A stretch of 11,988 nucleotides of DNA from Geosiphon pyriformis uo1 (taxonomy: Eukaryota; Fungi; Glomeromycota), in assembly GCA_016748015.1 (NCBI GenBank), contig JAAOMT010000488.1, positions 1-11,988 on the forward strand, given 5' to 3'. Below are positions 9,740-11,988 of this stretch, piece by piece. Each line of letters begins with the position of its first letter. The stretch's first letter is position 1. Under the pieces are notes generated by a model. It made no database searches and was not told the origin of the DNA. It worked only from the letters and a program-made list of their open reading frames with translations. The position numbers were made by a program, and so were the translations under genes.

Positions 9740-10490
9740 TTGTTGTCCAAAATTCTCTTTTTGTCACTGAAGAAATATCACAAATCTCTTATTGTTGTCG
9801 CCTTCTGTTTTTTTTTTCATTATTCTAATCGAATTTTTATTATTGTGAATAAGCTAAAAAGCATCTCAGAATTCTTTCATTTGTCTTATATTTTTCAATT
9901 GAAGCTCAGACACAAAATCATAATTTTTATTTTCCATTTCACTTTGATCTGGCAACTTTTTGATGTTTGCTATTGCTCGTTTTCAAAATAAATTGCAACT
10001 TTTTTCGATCAGATGAACCAATTTGCAAGTGGGGAAAATATCAATACAGTCAACAAAATCTTGAGTTTTGGTATCGAAAATTGGATCAAAAGAGTGAGAA
10101 AACCTTATGAAAAGAGACTAGACTCTTTAATATTTTTACAAACTCAAGAAAAAACATACTCACTGTCAAAAAATTTGCATCTTCTCATTTTTATCTTAAT
10201 TAATTTTTACCACAACATGTTAAAAAACAAGCAAACCATTGTCTAATTAATTTTGGCTGTTACTACTAGTCTCGGTTTATTGGTCAATACTGCTTTGCTC
10301 CTCCTAAAAGAGATAGATATCAACATACAAGCATGTAAATATGGTAACCAAATTGCTGATCGTGTCCCATATTACATGAGATTCATCCTCATCACTATGA
10401 TTATTATTATTATATGTTCTTTGCATAGCAGATAAATATGAAACTTCATTTCTTCTGTTGGATTTTTTGGGTTAATCTAAGCGTTGGCAT
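9740..10490 (-). pseudogene. Possible decayed multi-exon gene of unknown family
   Basis: The minus strand has hydrophilic, exon-like pieces (SNRRNEVSYLSAMQRTYNNNNHSDEDESH|gtaata...ttttag|EEQSSIDQ*TETSSNSQN*LDN; KKLPDQSEMENKNYDFVSELQLKNIRQMKEF*). The stops are compatible with CAA>TAA decay. No domain is recognised. Confidence 0.25.
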
Positions 10491-11469
10491 ATTAATTTCG
10501 GGTTTTCATGATATGTAAATGATTTTTTGCCAAAATATTATGAAGCCCGTTTATGAATTTATTATTATCATTAAATATCAAGAACCAATTTTAAAAGGAT
10601 GGCCGAAAATCATATGCTCTTCACGCATTCACCCTGATACGTAATTTTTAATGTGATGCTGACAATATATAATAGTATTGAAAAAAAAATTGGTTTGACA
10701 AGTAATAAATTAATGATAAAACTAAAAGAGGAGAGAAATGCCAATATGACGCCGAAACACTGATACTTCCAAACATTAGATCAGACCCTGTAATTAAAGA
10801 AAGGAATGAGAAACATCTATTTTACTTAAGTAATATTGTTTATTATTATCATATCTAATATATAAAATTGATTTGAAACCTTTTAATGTTTGGAGGTGCT
10901 TCTCATTGTATTTTTTTATTGTTTTCGGCTATGAAATATGACACCATTATTTTTATGCTGCGACCATTTAATTTTTATTTTTTCAGCTGTGAGATAAATA
11001 TGGACGCCCATGACTGGCCCTGCTATGACCATTTACATTGTTCTCTTATTTGTCTCATGGTTTAAGGGATGTGAATTTTATTTCCCATGCTGATTAAATT
11101 ACTATTTTAGGATAAATGAGCCAAAAAAAAAGAGTCAAGAGGATCTGCATAATAAATTTTTTTTCGAAAGATGATGCTTTGTTTAAAACTTGGATAGAAA
11201 CCCCGTTTAATGACGACATAGTAAAAACTCGGGAGGTTATCTTTAAATCAATTATACTAAAAAAGTCTAGTTACTTCCACCCTTGTATTCATGAATTCGC
11301 GTGAAAAACAAACGCGTAATTTTTAAAACAAATTAGAGGCAATTTAATATATAAAGAGGTTTTCTCTGCCATTCAAGCAAATTTTATCCTATATAGGACT
11401 AATACTATCAAGGAGAAAGGTAATATTGTTATGTTTAATGTGATTTACTCTTGTTTTTTGCTTATTTAG

Positions 11470-11988
11470 GGACAAACCCACTATCGGCTACCAGGACGAA
11501 ATTACCGGCGCCCACCAACTCATGAACATAAACACCTATAACCGGAATAAAATTACCGGCGCTCACCAACTCACGAACATAAACATCTATAACCAGGACG
11601 AAATTACCGGCGTCCACCAACTCATGAACATAAACATCTATAACCAGGACGAAATTACCGGCGTCCACCAACTCATGAACATAAACACCTATAACCAGAA
11701 TAAAATTACCGGCGCTCACCAACTCACGAACATAAACACCTATAACCAGGACGAAATTACCGGCGCCCACCAACTCATGAACATAAACACCTATAACCGG
11801 AATAAAATTACCGGCGCTCACCAACTCACGAACATAAACATCTATAACCAGGACGAAATTACCGGCGTCCACCAACTCATGAACATAAACATCTATAACC
11901 AGGACGAAATTACCGGCGTCCACCAACTCATGAACATAAACACCTATAACCAGAATAAAATTACCGGCGCTCACCAACTCACGAACAT
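11470..11988 (+). CDS. Possible exon encoding a 17-aa N/Q/I-rich repeat (NQDEITGVHQLMNINIY)n, open to the window end
   Basis: A polypyrimidine tract and TTTAG acceptor-like site end at 11469, followed by the stop-free frame DKPTIGYQDEITGAHQLMNINTYNRNKITGAHQLTNINIY... A GTAATA donor-like site lies at 11421. However, the compatible upstream frame has a TAA a few codons earlier and repeat variants are mostly nonsynonymous. Confidence 0.3.
11490..11988. repeat. 51-bp tandem repeat, 9.8 copies visible, arranged as a 255-bp higher-order repeat (ABCDE)x2; runs off the window end
   Basis: Consensus accRgRaYRaaattaccggcgYYcaccaactcaYgaacataaacaYctata. Units start at 11490, 11541, 11592, 11643, 11694, 11745, 11796, 11847, 11898 and 11949. 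Units 6-10 are identical to units 1-5 over the visible length. Confidence 0.97.

Noticed and set aside
9521-9767. Three overlapping short ORFs
   Set aside because: They are by-products of a stop-poor purine/pyrimidine tract.
9740-11304. Plus-strand ORFs 9740-9991, 10013-10246, 10253-10435 and 11116-11304
   Set aside because: They are short with no domain and I could not build a consistent splice model. 11116-11304 may be a decayed exon but cannot be supported.
11462-11977. 171-aa minus-strand ORF as a membrane protein gene
   Set aside because: It is only the antisense reading of the tandem repeat. There is no synonymous bias or unique domain, so it is kept only as a hypothesis.
11490-11988. 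CRISPR array
   Set aside because: Units are contiguous near-identical 51-mers with no unique spacers. There are no cas genes and the context is eukaryotic.

Overview
AT-rich, intron-containing eukaryotic DNA. Gene families and 80-130 nt introns point to an early-diverging fungus, most likely Glomeromycota (inference). The ORF track fragments the genes. Hand splicing gives: (1) a 2-exon F-box/LRR-like gene on + (821-2006, 365 aa); (2) a 5-exon class 3 lipase-fold gene on - (4170-2605, 381 aa) with an N-terminal hydrophobic leader, Gly in place of the catalytic Ser (GHGIGG), and a model that needs a non-canonical GA-AG intron; (3) a divergently oriented, decayed lipase paralog on + (about 6687-8337) that also lacks the nucleophile (GFNSGG). 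There are several weak decayed gene or transposon remnants. At the right edge is a 51-bp minisatellite organised as an exact 255-bp five-unit higher-order repeat, open in one frame on each strand. No prokaryotic system or CRISPR array is supported.
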